Shown here one piece after another: positions 26,781-42,319 of a stretch of DNA of 64,000 bases (the stretch's first letter is position 1; each line of letters opens with the position of its first letter). The notes beneath the pieces are model-generated. The model ran no database searches. It was not told where the DNA came from and was given only the letters and a program-made list of their open reading frames with translations. A program made the translations under genes and the position numbers. This DNA is from Octopus vulgaris (taxonomy: Eukaryota). The stretch is from the NCBI GenBank assembly GCA_951406725.2, contig OX597814.1, positions 33,604,001 through 33,668,000 on the forward strand. The letters run 5' to 3'.

Positions 26781-27038
26781 ACCGACCAGACCATCAGATG
26801 TTGTTACACATCGCTGTTCACAATGCGTTCGCATTGTTTTAGCCTTCGAATGACGCCACCCCGCTGGCTAAGCGAGCAGGCCAACAGAAGAAAGAGTGGG
26901 AGAAAGAGTGGTGAAAGAGTACAGCAGGGATTACCACCCTCTGTCGGAGCCTCGTGGAGCTTTTTAGGTGTTTTCGCTCAATAAACACTCACAACGCCCG
27001 GTCTGGGAATCGAAACCGCGATCCTGCGACCGCGAGTC

Positions 27039-27040
<2 letters not shown>
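26773..27040 (-). mobile_element. SINE with family A head and a third 3' tail type, in a TA tract
   Basis: Head matches family A; tail also seen in + orientation at ~20065-20180. Confidence 0.8.
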
Positions 27041-27104
<64 letters not shown>

Positions 27105-27337
27105 ATAAGATCGTTATTTAAAATATCAGATGGCCAGCATAGGAATAACAACCTCAAAGGTAATAATTATTATTAAAATTATATGCTCAATGAGCATTTA
27201 ATGTGGTTTTAGAGTCAAGTTCTGGCTGCTATATCAAGCATGGTGGTATCTCTTAGATACCCTTACTTAAAATTTGTATATATATATATATATATATATA
27301 CATTGCTTGATAGATGTACTGATAGATAGATAGATAA

Positions 27338-27385
<48 letters not shown>

Positions 27386-27468
27386 TATATTATATATATT
27401 ATACTTATATATATTATATAATATATATTATATATGACTGCAGCTTTGAAACTGAAACAATTTAAAGA

Positions 27469-27556
<88 letters not shown>

Positions 27557-27746
27557 TATATTATGTATAGATTTACACAGGCACAAACACACACACACAC
27601 ACACATACAGACACATACACATACGCACACTTTCTACACTTTTACATATATAAGTTACCCACAGTCACACACCGATGAGAATAGCTGCTTTAAATAAATT
27701 GGATTGAACATAAAATACAAGTATTTTTATTTACATATTATTATTA

Positions 27747-27798
<52 letters not shown>

Positions 27799-28091
27799 CA
27801 TTGCTTTTGTTGTTGTTATTGTTGTTGTTGTCGTCGTCGGCATTTGTTTGTTATACATTTTTTTCTAATATTTTTTATTAATGCTTACATATTTATATAG
27901 TTTTACATAATGTATTAGTTTTTTTCGTTATTGATGTAGTTTTTGTGTTGTTGTTGTTGTTTTTTCTCTCTCTCTTAGACTTCATTTTCTAACGAATCTC
28001 ATTTCAGTTCTAAGCCAGACATTAACGAATTCTGGAAGGGATCATTAAGTCTCCATTGTACTGCTTTCCCATTCCGAGATCTTTACGTCCT

Positions 28092-28253
28092 CCATCATCA
28101 TCACTACCACCAACATCATCATCACCATCATCAATCATCAATCATCACCAACACTAGCACCACCATCATCATCATCATCATTATCAATACCAGTCATCAC
28201 TAAAACGTTAAAACTATAATCCTCATCGTCACCAGCAGTATCATCGTCATTGA

Positions 28254-28285
<32 letters not shown>

Positions 28286-28389
28286 ATATTAGTCATCATT
28301 AAACTAATTAGCATCAATATCGCCAATAACGTTAATACTATAATCCTTACCACCACCACCACCACCACCGTCATCATCATCATCACCAC

Positions 28390-28420
<31 letters not shown>

Positions 28421-29465
28421 ATCATCATAGCTCTTGCTAGCATGATCATATCGCTACCATCATTATCGTCATCATCACAGCATCATCGTCGTAGTCGTTA
28501 TCGTCATTATCATCATCATGATCGTCATCATCATTCCGCCAACCGACATCACTATCATCACCATTATCTTCATCAGAAACATCATATCCATCAGCAACAT
28601 CGTTTTCGTCAGCATCATCTTAACTATGATCATGATCATCATCATTATCATCATCATCATCGTCGTCGTCATTATCATCATCATCATCGTCATCAACATC
28701 AACGTTGACATCATCATCATAATCATCATCATCGTCATCATCATCACTAACATCATCATCATCATCATCACCATTGACATCATCATCATTATCATCATCA
28801 TCGTCATTATCATCATCATCGTCATTATCATCGTCAGCGTCATCACCATTTACATTATCATCATCATCATCATTATCATCATCATCGTCATTATCATCAT
28901 CGTCAGCGTCATCCCCATCACCATTGACATCATCATCATCATTATCATCATTGTCATTATCATCATCCTCATCGTCATCACCATTGACATTATCATCATC
29001 ATCATCATCATCATCATTATCATCATCATCATCATTATCATCATCATTATCATCATCATCGTCATCACCATCACCATTAACATTATCATCATCATCATCA
29101 TCATCATCATCGTCATTATCATCATCATTATCATCATCATCGTCATCACCATCACCATTGACATCATCATCATCGTCGTCGCCATCATCATCATCATCAT
29201 CATCGAGATCGCCATTGTCATTATCATCATCATCATCATAGTCATCACCATCATCATTGACATCATCATCATCATCGTCGTCGTCGTCGTCATCGTCATC
29301 ACCACCATCAACTGCCATCATCAAAACCAACATCACGGTCATCATTTTTATCCTTACAAATCATCACCATCACCATCACCATAGACATCACCATTTTCGT
29401 CATCACCATTTTCGTCATCATCATTTTCGTCATCACCATTTTCGTCATCATCATTTTCGTCATCG
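28092..29465. repeat. Long degenerate (ATC)n/(ACC)n/(GTC)n trinucleotide array
   Basis: Direct reading; source of the poly-I/H/S/D/M ORFs. Confidence 0.95.
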
Positions 29466-29904
29466 CTCTCCTTTTATTATTTCCAGCGTTCTTACACATA
29501 AAGCTCTGGAACAAATATTTTCCTATTAAAACTATTACGCATAGCTGTTTCTGTTATTGCTGTTATTGCTGCTGCTGCTGCTGCTGCTGTTTTGTGGTTG
29601 CTGCTGCTGCTAATGCTGCTGCTGCTGTTTCTGCTACTGTTGTTATTTTTGGTATTATTTCTGTTTGTTTTTTTTTTTTTGTCTTTCATTTTGTTAAGCA
29701 ATTTATATATAGTTCACCTTTTGTCTCTACTCTATATTCTTCTTGCTCTTGTCACTATTGTTGTTGTTGTTATTTATGGTGGTGGTGGTGGCGGTGGTGG
29801 TGGTGCTGCTGCTGCTGCTACTATTGATGCTGCGGCTGCTGCAACTGCTGCAGTATGAAACAGTGCCGACAACGATAAGGAGGTGAAGCGTGGTGGATGA
29901 AGGG

Positions 29905-30073
29905 GAATGAAGACGATGACGAATGAAGACGACGACGACGACGATGATGATGATGGTGATGATGGTGACGATGATGACGATGATGATGGTGGTGATGGTG
30001 GTGATGATGATGATGACGATGATGATGATGATGATGATGATGAAGAGGAATGAAGACGACGACGACGACGACG

Positions 30074-30105
<32 letters not shown>

Positions 30106-30785
30106 GGTGATGATGGTGACGATGGTGATGATGATGATGGTGGTGATGGTGGTGATGAGGATGATGATGATGATGACGATGATGATGATGATGATAATGA
30201 TGATGATGATGATGAAGACGATGATGATGATGATAATGACGATGATGAGGAAAATGATGGCAATGATTAAGAGTATGACGACGACGACGACGAAGTTGAT
30301 GTTTGGGGATGTGGTAATGATGATGGTAATGGTGGTGATGATGATGAGGAGGAGGAGGAGGATAGCGACGTCGACGACGATGACATTGATAATGATGAGC
30401 AAAATGATGACGATGGTAATGACCATGACGACGACGACGACGACGACCAAGACAACGGCGGCGGCGATTGTGGTGTTGCTGGTGATGGTGCTCGTAGTAG
30501 TGGTGGTGGTGGTGGTGATGGTGGTGAGGATGAAGAGGAGGGGGAGAGGGAGGGTAGGAGGAAGAGAATAATGGCGAAGATGTCTATGTCGACTACGACG
30601 ATAACGACGACGATGATAATGTAGATGATGATGTGGTGGCGGCGGTGGCGGTGGAGGTGGTGGAGGCTGCGGCGGCGGTGGTCGTGGTGGTGGTCGTGGT
30701 GGTGGAAGGCGGTACTGATGCTGAGGAGGAAGATGCGGAGAACGATGACGACGATGTCGTCTCTCGTATTAATGACATGATGACG
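29905..30785. repeat. Long degenerate (GAT)n/(GAC)n/(GGT)n array, opposite orientation to 28092-29465
   Basis: Direct reading. Confidence 0.95.
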
Positions 30786-31026
30786 GTGTTAGGGGCAGAG
30801 TAATATTTTGAGGGTATAAATAATTGTAAAGCAAGAGAGAATTTTTGAAATTTTCTCTGACTCTATATCTCGTTATTGGATTCTGACCCTCGGGTTGTAG
30901 TGTTTTGTTTTGCTTTTACTTATCTTTCACATATAAATAAGAAATAATGTACAATATCTTTCACAATCTTTCTTTACACTCCCTCACTTCCATCCACCCA
31001 TGGATACATATATATATATGTATATA

Positions 31027-31076
<50 letters not shown>

Positions 31077-31437
31077 TATATATGTGAGTATGTATATGTA
31101 TATATGTGAGTATGTATACACACACACATATATATATATAATATAATATAAATAATATATATATATGCATATATACATATGTGTATATACATTTATATAT
31201 ATATATATACATTCATCCACATAGATGTACACACATACACATATACACATATACACATATATAGGTACAGACGTACATACAAATATGCATAAATACGTGC
31301 ATGTGTATGTATGTATGCATTTATGTATATGTGTGTGTGTGTGTATATATATATATACATATATACATATATATATACATGCATATATATATATATACAT
31401 GCATATGTTCATATATATATATCAAATGAATATGGCA

Positions 31438-31498
<61 letters not shown>

Positions 31499-31603
31499 AA
31501 TATATATGTTTATTGACATATAGTCATCTAAACTATGTATATAAAAAAGAACAGATGCATACACGATCTCATGTACAATTATATTTATACGTATATGTTT
31601 GTG

Positions 31604-31674
<71 letters not shown>

Positions 31675-31709
31675 GTTTGTATGTATGTATGTACGCATAT
31701 TCCTTTATT

Positions 31710-31890
31710 CTTTTATTCTTTTACTTATTTCAGCCATTTGACTGCGGACATGCGGGAGCACCGCCGTTAGTCGAACAAATCTACCCCAGGACTTATTCTA
31801 TCGGTCTTTTTTGCCGAACCGCTAAGTTACAGGAACGGAAACACACCAGCATCGGTTATCAAGCGATGGTGAGGTTACAAACACACACAC
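31710..31890 (-). mobile_element. SINE family B 3' half
   Basis: Reverse complement of the family B tail. Confidence 0.75.
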
Positions 31891-31921
31891 ACACATGCAT
31901 ATATATATATATATATATATA

Positions 31922-33099
31922 TCTTTATATATATAAAACTGAGAATGTGTGTCTATCTGTCTGTCTGTCTGTGTGTTTCCCTAAAACTTGAGAACTACAC
32001 AACCAATTTCATTCACATTTTACACATGCCTTACTTAGAGTCCGGGGAGTGTCATCGGCAAAAAAATTTTGAACTTTTTGCCTAGGGCGAGCCCACAGCA
32101 ATATCATATCTTCTCCACTACGATTCCCTAAAACTTGAGAACTACACAACCAATTCCATTCAAATTTTACACATTCCTTACTTAGGGTCCATGTAGTTTC
32201 ATGGTCAAAGAAAAATGTTCGACTTCTTGCCTAGAGCGAGCCCATAGCAATATCATATCTTCTCCACTATTTTCAGTATTACGTGTTAAAAGTGAAACAA
32301 AAACGTTTCTCTATTTTATGTCAGATACTTTCACTTTAACAATAAAAATAATAATAACAATTGAATTATATGTAGTAAGTAATAATTAAAATCAAACTAA
32401 AGTATAATATAATCGTAACATAACAAAAATAAAAATAGCAATTGTTATAAAATTGCATCAATGATTTGAACTTGAATAAGTGGTTTCACATGGATGGGAA
32501 TAAATTTAAAATAAAATTAGCCTGCAGAAATGGATAATAAAAAATTAAATTAAAGAAAAGACTATTGTCTATAAAGTATACAATGTAGAGAAAAAAGATT
32601 TGAACACATGGAGGAAAGCACCTTCGAAAAGTTTCTTGGTGCGACTATGAAAGGTATCTAAGCAGAGGCGGTAAATTCGCCACAATAGAAGCAAGGTTCG
32701 AGTCAACGGAGCAAGCAAGGGAGTACTCGACTCGAACTTGGAAAGTGGAAATATTTTATTTTTACCTTTATATCTGGGACGTAGGACGTCCCGGAAAAAA
32801 TTTTTAAATGCCCTCCCACCCCGCCCCGAAGTAGAGGTAGGCTGGATTGTAGCCACACTTCTATACAAGAGGGAGGACAAGATCCAATTGATCGAAATTA
32901 CAAGAGACGGGCTAACAATTCCAGTCTGTTATATATTTTGAGTATTGTTATCACTAGCGATATCAAGATATAACTTTGTATTTTGTATTTTATGTGTAGA
33001 TGTATATATATAGATGTACATGTAATATGTACACATATATATACACATATATACATGCACTAGCACTATTACCCGGCAACGACAAGTCTTTAATGCTAG
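31922..33099 (+). mobile_element. Non-autonomous Helitron-like element
   Basis: A|TC 5' end, (GTCT)n near the 5' end, subterminal cccggcaacg hairpin remnant, CTAG|T 3' end; internal ~147-bp tandem duplication. Confidence 0.72.
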
Positions 33100-33112
33100 T
33101 ATATATATATAA

Positions 33113-33374
33113 AGGGTAAAGACCCCCTTCGGTCATGAATGACCATGGGATTGCACCTAGAAAGTTACCCTCCTAGACACAAGTCTGGGCAAGGTTGTTT
33201 ATGGAAGACCAGCAGTCGCCCATGCATACCAGCCTCCCCTCTCCACGCCACCAGTGTTATCCAAGGGAAAGACAAAGGTCGATACAGCTTGGCACCAGTG
33301 ACGTCGCAACTCATTTCTACAGCTGAGTGAACTGGAGCAACGTGAAATAAAGTGTCTTGCTCAAGAACACAACA

Positions 33375-33376
<2 letters not shown>
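33113..33376 (-). mobile_element. SINE family C lacking its tRNA head
   Basis: Reverse complement of 15870-16125. Confidence 0.85.
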
Positions 33377-33434
<58 letters not shown>

Positions 33435-33660
33435 GTTAGCTTTCCACGATTTCAGCACAACGAATTTCTGTAGTGGGTATATAATAATATGTGGAAATTG
33501 ACGATTTAAAAGTCTGTTATCAGCATATTGGCATAGGAATAATTTTCTTTTGCCCTTGTTTATAAGTTGTTTATAATTTTAACCTTTAAAGGTATTTTAA
33601 TATGCTTTCAGTTTTTTTATTTGATGAATTTTTCTCCTGTAAAAAAACTTCATCCTATAT

Positions 33661-33930
<270 letters not shown>

Positions 33931-34210
33931 CTATTGTATTCGTACAATGAACTCATAAAATCATAAATGCATATATTCATACAGATATACAATTGCACAT
34001 ATAGACAGACAGCGAGGCGAACAGACACACAGAGAGACACACTGACAGACAGACAGACCTATAGCCATCATGCCTATCTTCTTGGTGTATATTGTTACCC
34101 ATTCCCATTAAAATCACAGCAACTTCATTCCTTTCAACTTACCATTTAGGCATTTATTTCTAACAATATCTACATGCACATATATTTACGCTTCCTTAGA
34201 CAGACAACAT

Positions 34211-34256
<46 letters not shown>

Positions 34257-34315
34257 GGGTATATGTACCATTTCGGAAGTGGGTAATATTGTATTTCTAA
34301 CCTTGATATGCTTAG

Positions 34316-34362
<47 letters not shown>

Positions 34363-34489
34363 CAACAATAGTATTAAGGAATGACCCTGACAGGCCGTTC
34401 AACTCACTTGAAAAGAGCAGCTAAACTCAAACCGCAAAATAGTAGTAATTCTGAAACTAAAGGAGAAATAAAAACATTTATCCCCTTCA

Positions 34490-34585
34490 ACTTTGTACCA
34501 TGCATAGTTTCAACATTTTTACGTAATCGAATTTAATTAAATTAAATTAAATCCGCTTACGATTGGCTTGTCTCATCAGCAAAGT
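34490..34585 (-). ncRNA. Type I hammerhead ribozyme (inverted copy)
   Basis: Reverse complement of 34995-35090. Confidence 0.75.
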
Positions 34586-34994
34586 AGCCAAAGAAAAGGA
34601 AAACATATACACACGAGGCAGCATTTCTCCTTTAGTTTCAGAATTACTACTATTTTGCGGTTTGAGTTTAGCTGCTCTTTTCAAGTGAGTTGAACGGCCT
34701 GTCAGTGTCATTCCTTAATACTATTGTTGAATATATTATATAGTCTGTGACTATTTCTACTTTCTCACTTGACCGCTGGTTGCAGAAAATTTTTCTTGAA
34801 TTTTTCTTGAATTTTTTGCTACCCTTATATTGATTAATTAATGATTTTTTGACTAATTCTGAAATTGTATCAGCAGTTTATATTTGCTGCTGAGTAGATG
34901 GCGCGGTTACGGTGGATTTCGAAAATTTAGGATATATAAACTCGAGGCTTCGATGGTGCTGCCTCGTGTGTATATGTTTTCCTTTTCTTTGGCT

Positions 34995-35090
34995 ACTTTG
35001 CTGATGAGACAAGCCAATCGTAAACGGATTTAATTTAATTTAATTTAATTCGATTACGTAAAAATGTTGAAACTATGCATGGTACAAAGT
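34995..35090 (+). ncRNA. Type I hammerhead ribozyme with canonical core and long stem II
   Basis: actttg-CTGATGA-gaca...tgtt-GAAA-cta(tgca)tgg-TA-caaagt; GUA triplet, predicted cut after 35084. Confidence 0.78.
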
Positions 35091-35321
35091 TGAAGGGGAT
35101 AAATGTTTTTATTTCTCCTTTAGTTTCAGAATTACTACTATTTTGCGGTTTGAGTTTAGCTGCTCTTTTCAAGTGAGTTGAACGGCCTGTCAGGGTCATT
35201 CCTTAATACTATTGTTGAATATATTATATAGTCTGTGACTATTTCTACTTTCTCACTTGACCGCTGGTTGCAGAAAATTTTTCTTGAATTTTTCTTGAAT
35301 TTTTTGCTACCCTTATATTGA

Positions 35322-35375
<54 letters not shown>

Positions 35376-35632
35376 TATAATGTATGTATGTATGTATGTA
35401 TGTATGTATGTATATGTATGTATAGGAATGCCCTTCTTTGATGAAACAATTGTAAATCAACGAAATAAAAGAACTTGCTCACTCCATTCTCTTTTGCTTT
35501 AATTGTAGAAACTCCGCAAGTGTTTGTGAGTTTTCAGGCAGGTGTTTGATATAACCGACAGTCTACCAATTACCAACTGTCTGATAGCTTGGAACTGTGG
35601 ATGCACATACGCGTAATAGGTTAAACACGAAG

Positions 35633-35696
<64 letters not shown>

Positions 35697-35993
35697 TTGT
35701 ACGATGAGGAAAATATACCGCCAGCATTGCCCCAACGACTTAAGCATTAGTTTCAAGGTTCATCCAAGGCTGGGGCCATAGGCCATACGTCCTCTTCCCA
35801 ATTCAGGATCACAGCATATATGTACACTGCGACATAACCCAACAAGAACTCACTACCTGAATGGGTCATGATACCACAAAACTTGGCTGAAAAAGGATTT
35901 AGATAATCCTATCAGGTTGTGCTATTAAGTTAGACATGGCCTGGACCAATCTTTGGTCGAAACATATCTAAGTTTATCTAAGTTTTTATAGAT

Positions 35994-36074
<81 letters not shown>

Positions 36075-36075
36075 C

Positions 36076-36116
<41 letters not shown>

Positions 36117-36301
36117 TATTGATGTCCTGTGCCTATATATGCATATGTATATACATATATATATGTAAGTATGCACATATATGTATGTATATATGTATAT
36201 ATATATATGTGTATATATACACATATTATGTATATTATTATATGATTGAACGCCATTCCAAGTAAGTTTTCTCTCTCTTTCTCTCTCTCTCGGTCTCTTT
36301 T

Positions 36302-36385
<84 letters not shown>

Positions 36386-36409
36386 AATAATTCATATAGA
36401 TATATATTT

Positions 36410-37180
<771 letters not shown>

Positions 37181-37750
37181 ATATGTGTTTGTGCGTTTGC
37201 GTGCGCGCATGCTTACATGCAGAGGCATTTTTGCCAAATGCTGTGATTTCAGCAGCCATGTATGGAGAATAGAATTCAGTACAATATTCTAACAAGGTTT
37301 CTGTTCCGTTTTATTCTAGACATCAAAGCTTTTATTTATCAAAAGTTGTTCGACGCATCCCCTTACTCTCACCTTTCGCTATCCTTTCTTATATAAATAT
37401 CGTAAGAAATGAACTTTTTACAATTTCATATACTTCTCACCTATCACCATGAGAAGATTTTTTACTTTAAAGTTCCTTATGCTGGGTCGATCAATGCACA
37501 GCAGAATATTAAGCTGTACAGTGAACTAAGCCAGCATTATGGGTTTCGATTCCTAACCGGAGCCATGAGAGTCAACAAAGAATCAGAAGAGAATTTCTAG
37601 TAACAAACTGCTCCAATTTTTTTTTTTATCTTGTATTCTTTTGCACTTCGTTGTGCAATTTTATCATTCGATGGCATCTTTTTTTTTTTTGTTGTTGTTT
37701 TGTTTTGTTTCTTGAGATAACGTGGTTCCATGTTGCAAGGCGTAAAACAT

Positions 37751-37854
<104 letters not shown>

Positions 37855-37915
37855 TGATTAACAAAGATGTAAAATGTTAGGAAAGGAAAAAATATTAAAA
37901 TGAATAAACAGTTAA

Positions 37916-37988
<73 letters not shown>

Positions 37989-37991
37989 ATA

Positions 37992-38069
<78 letters not shown>

Positions 38070-38561
38070 CATACTTTCACTTTTAGTTCAGAAAGCGTGG
38101 AAGCGATAAATTCTTTAATTTGCTAATGAATACAAATAAGAAAGAAAAAGGCATACATATGTGTGTATGTATGTGTGTGCGTGTGTGTGTCTGTGTGTAT
38201 GTATGTATCTATTATCAATACATACATACAGATATATTTTTATGTCCGCGTGAATATATGTGCGCGTGTGTAAAATACACTTGTACACGCCTATGCACAA
38301 GCACATAACGATCATGCATATCAACGCTTACACGTTGAAGATAGTTGATAGAATTTCGTCATAATGCTGATAGATCTTCGGTAAGATTTCTTAATAAAGT
38401 TAGCATCGGGTGTTGAAAGAACATGACGAGTCTAGAATCTTCCAAAAATCCTTTTATATATGGTGCCAGAGGATTTATATAATTAAATTTCATAGATAAT
38501 TAACGACACGAGCTTCTACAGCAAAAAAATAGTATGATATATTTGCATCAATACCTTTGCA

Positions 38562-38623
<62 letters not shown>

Positions 38624-38882
38624 TATGCACATGCATGTATATGTATATATATATATATATATATATGCATATGTATGTATATAAATATATATGAGTATAT
38701 ATATATATGTATATATATATGTGTGTGTATATATATATATCCATACGTACATATATAGGTATATACACATACATATATATGTTTGTGTGTGTGTGTGTAT
38801 GTATATATATACATACATAATATATACATAATATATATATATGCATTCATACATATATAAATATATATATATATATATGTGA

Positions 38883-38928
<46 letters not shown>

Positions 38929-38931
38929 GTA

Positions 38932-38967
<36 letters not shown>

Positions 38968-38984
38968 TGTATGTATGTATATCT

Positions 38985-39274
38985 GTGTTGAAACAAACTT
39001 GCCATTTCTCAACTTGCATTCTCCACCTTTACAAGGAGATCCAGGTGCAAACCAGAATAATGCATGAAAAAAAATACCCCGAGTCTGTGCTCCCTTCAGG
39101 ATAAAATAGAGATGAGTCAAGAAAAGAGATACAGTGCAACAGAAACTTGTAATGTAGCAATAGTTGATGTGGCGTGTCAGGTACAGAAAAAAGTTGACAG
39201 TTTCTCACGTCAGTCTGTGTTTTTCTGTATTCTTCAGTTTTCCTTTAACCTTTCTCACTCACAGCGTTCACAAT

Positions 39275-39360
<86 letters not shown>

Positions 39361-39371
39361 CAGACAGACAA

Positions 39372-39404
<33 letters not shown>

Positions 39405-39453
39405 TAGACAGACAGACAAATAGATAAATAGCTAGACAGACAGACAGACAGAC

Positions 39454-39509
<56 letters not shown>

Positions 39510-39512
39510 TGA

Positions 39513-39560
<48 letters not shown>

Positions 39561-40070
39561 TCTCGCTCATTCCAGGACATCAGACCTGTTGCTTGATATG
39601 TTTGTGTCATGTAATGCAAAGCTTGTCAAATAATATGCCTCTTGGAGGATAACACATGCTGGAGCTGTACTTTGAAAAATGTTTCAGATTCATATTCTCC
39701 AAGAATGAGGATGTGCTCTTTGCTATCGTATTCGCCATCAAACCCTTCACCATAAAATCCTCAGCAATAGGACAGATTGGCAGATTATTCCCGAGCCTGT
39801 ATCAGGTTCGAATATAATGAAACGTTCACAGAGTTTCTGCAGTATTCACCCAAGCAATGATTCTCATTAAAACCACTTTACCGTCCTTGGATGGTGTGGT
39901 TCCTAAACTGTGTGGACTGCTAGCTCCAGCTGCATTTCTCAATCGAAAGTTACTTCGAGCAACCAGCTATCGCATTCAGCTATTAGTAATGCCCATCAAA
40001 AGGAATCGCTCTTGGTTCCAGATAAAGACACTCATCCATAGGTCAAACTGTTGATATCTTGAGAATGCTA
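38985..40070 (-). mobile_element. Highly degenerate RTE-type RT fragment split by (GATA)n
   Basis: Minus-strand remnants IWNQE, GKVVLMRII..TAE and LLRIL in RTE RT order; many frameshifts. Confidence 0.45.
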
Positions 40071-40310
40071 TTAACTGATAAAAGCTCGGATGTAAATTAC
40101 CGGTTATGGCCTAGTAGATAGTGTGGTTTATGATTCTAGCCGCTGTGTTGAAGACTTAAGTAGGATACTTTCTTGTCGAGTGACCATACATTTACAAAAA
40201 GGAGTCATAGCACACAAAATAAAATTATAGAGAAAAGCATGAGCTGAGTAGGTAAGCAGCGACACACATACACACACGGAAGATAATACACCAGATTTTA
40301 AACTTTTTTT

Positions 40311-40560
40311 TATTTATGCGCCCTTTTCAAACCTAGCCAGGCTCATGGGCCCGGTTTCCCGGTTTCTGTGGCATATGTGTTCCCCCCGCATCTGGACGGG
40401 ACGCCAGTCCATCGCAGCGTTACTCAAGAAACAGGAAGAGCACAACAGGGGCGAAAGAGTGCAACAGGGGTCGCCACCACACAACGCCTGGTGCGGGATT
40501 GGAAACCGTGATCCTCCGACCGCGAGTCCGCTGCCCTAAACACTGGGCCATTGCACCGCC
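40311..40560 (-). mobile_element. SINE family A head with a tail related to the 2859 copy
   Basis: ccgcgagtccgctgccctaaacactgggccattg; ggcccggtttcccggtttc. Confidence 0.75.
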
Positions 40561-40686
40561 ACACTACACCAGATTAGATTTATATTTAAATATGTATAAG
40601 CAAATGTATATATAGAAGAATTAAGGAGATAGATAAATAATTTCCATTGTGATTAGGGAGGTTGTAATAAATATGAATTAAAAGAA

Positions 40687-41898
40687 TGTCGTGGAAGGAT
40701 TCCGGCCACCCCTCAAATGACTAAAAGTGGACTGTCTCGTTGTTATAAATTAAAGAGCTGTGAGTGATTGACAGTTCGCGTTGCTAAGCAGTCTTTGAGA
40801 GTTCGTTTTTGTTTTTTGTTTTCGCGTTGATCATTATTTGATCCCTGTTGGACGTGGGTCGCTTTGTTGATTGTTGAAGGTCTCCCGTAGGGGTGAGCCT
40901 AATTGTTGAGCCTCATAAAAATTCAAAAATAGAAGGGAAAAAAAGAAAGAAATCAAAAGAAAGTTACAACAAAAAGGGAGGAAGTCACAAAAAAGATTAA
41001 AGAAAGAAAGAAAACAGTCTACAGTTAAAAAAAACACAGCAAGCAAAAAGTTTTCTGGCCACTCGGTGTGTGTGTGTGTGTGCGTGCGTGCGTATTCCAA
41101 ATGGAATGCAAGATAATTTAACGGATTTTACATATGAATATTATGGATTATTGAAGAAGAATAACCAAGGAAGTATACATGGATTTAAAGACTATCATCA
41201 AAAGCAGTAATTTTTAATTTATAATTTATCGTTCAAACAAGCACCATTTTATAGTATTACTTCAAATTTTAAAAAAATCTACCAATCGATATGTTATTCA
41301 GAATTCAAATTTTTTATCTCTGAAGAGCAGAAGAGTTGTCTATAATGCTTAACAATATAGGATTTCATTATAGGAACAACACTTCTGTGAAACGATCGTA
41401 AGATGCTTTAAATACTTAATTCAAAACTTTTAAACTGTCATATACATTATATATTTATACTTATACATATTTATATATATTTTTATACATATTTATATTT
41501 ATTTATTTATATATTTCTAATACAACAATTATTTTTCACACATGTATATCTTTCTGGGGAGTTTTTTATATTGATTTCTTAATATTAATAATAATATATT
41601 ATTAATATATATATATGTATATTATCGCTCGTATTAAATATATAAATATTTTAATAGTATTAATACTTTGATACAATAAAGCACTCAATATAAATTCAGT
41701 GTATAATATTCTCATTGAATATATTTAACTAAAGATTTATATAAATATATATACATTCTTTTCTGGAAATTCCCTGCGTACAACACTGTTCTACGCTGCA
41801 ATCGGTCGATACAGCTTTTTACCAGTATCTTCGCAAGTATTTACTGCCAAAAGACAGAGACCCGGAACGAACACCGCAAAAGGCACCTTTCGTGACCC
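40687..41898. mobile_element. Possible solo LTR
   Basis: Starts TGTCGTGGAAGG, ends cctttcgtgac (imperfect terminal inverted match), TATAAA and AATAAA inside; no clear target-site duplication. Confidence 0.3.
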
Positions 41899-42319
41899 AA
41901 ATGCTTACAGCAAAGTTTGATGCCTTAAAGGCACCCAAAGACTAAGTGTTGGTCTTGAACAGGAATTATCTGGACAACGGATTAAATCTACCACCTAAGA
42001 AGAGGAAAGGACTTTCCGACTATTTTCCATCGACTTTTCACACACGAAATTTCACCCTCAAGTTTTTAGTCTACCCATGGCGCTGTAGAGGATACTTACT
42101 CAACGTGTCACACAATAAGATGGAACCTGAAACAACTCATATTCAGCTGGTAGACTGGAACAACATGAATTGAAATGCCTTAGTCAAGGACATAACGTAC
42201 CACACATTCCAGGAATTGAACCCTTAATCACTAAGTCACTATACACAATTACCTGACTTTAAGAAAATACTGAGACTGATTCGATGAACTAAACCCTTCA
42301 GAGTGATACTCCAGCAAGG

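Larger units (their letters stand above)
34362..35326. mobile_element. ORF-less PLE-like / retrozyme-like element with inverted and direct repeats, in a TA tract
   Basis: 34362-34622 is inverted relative to 34957-35216; 34623-34838 is directly repeated at 35111-35326; (TA)n on both sides. Confidence 0.8.

Noticed and set aside
28138-30778. Poly-His/Asp/Ser/Met ORFs as biomineral or reflectin-like proteins
   Set aside because: Trinucleotide repeats open in several frames on both strands; no reflectin motif or consistent frame
35430-35535. TTGATGA...GAAA hammerhead-like motif
   Set aside because: Stem I cannot be formed
37409-37600. ORF with FKVPYAGS resembling the PLE LPY.G motif
   Set aside because: Too short, with no flanking RT or GIY-YIG motifs
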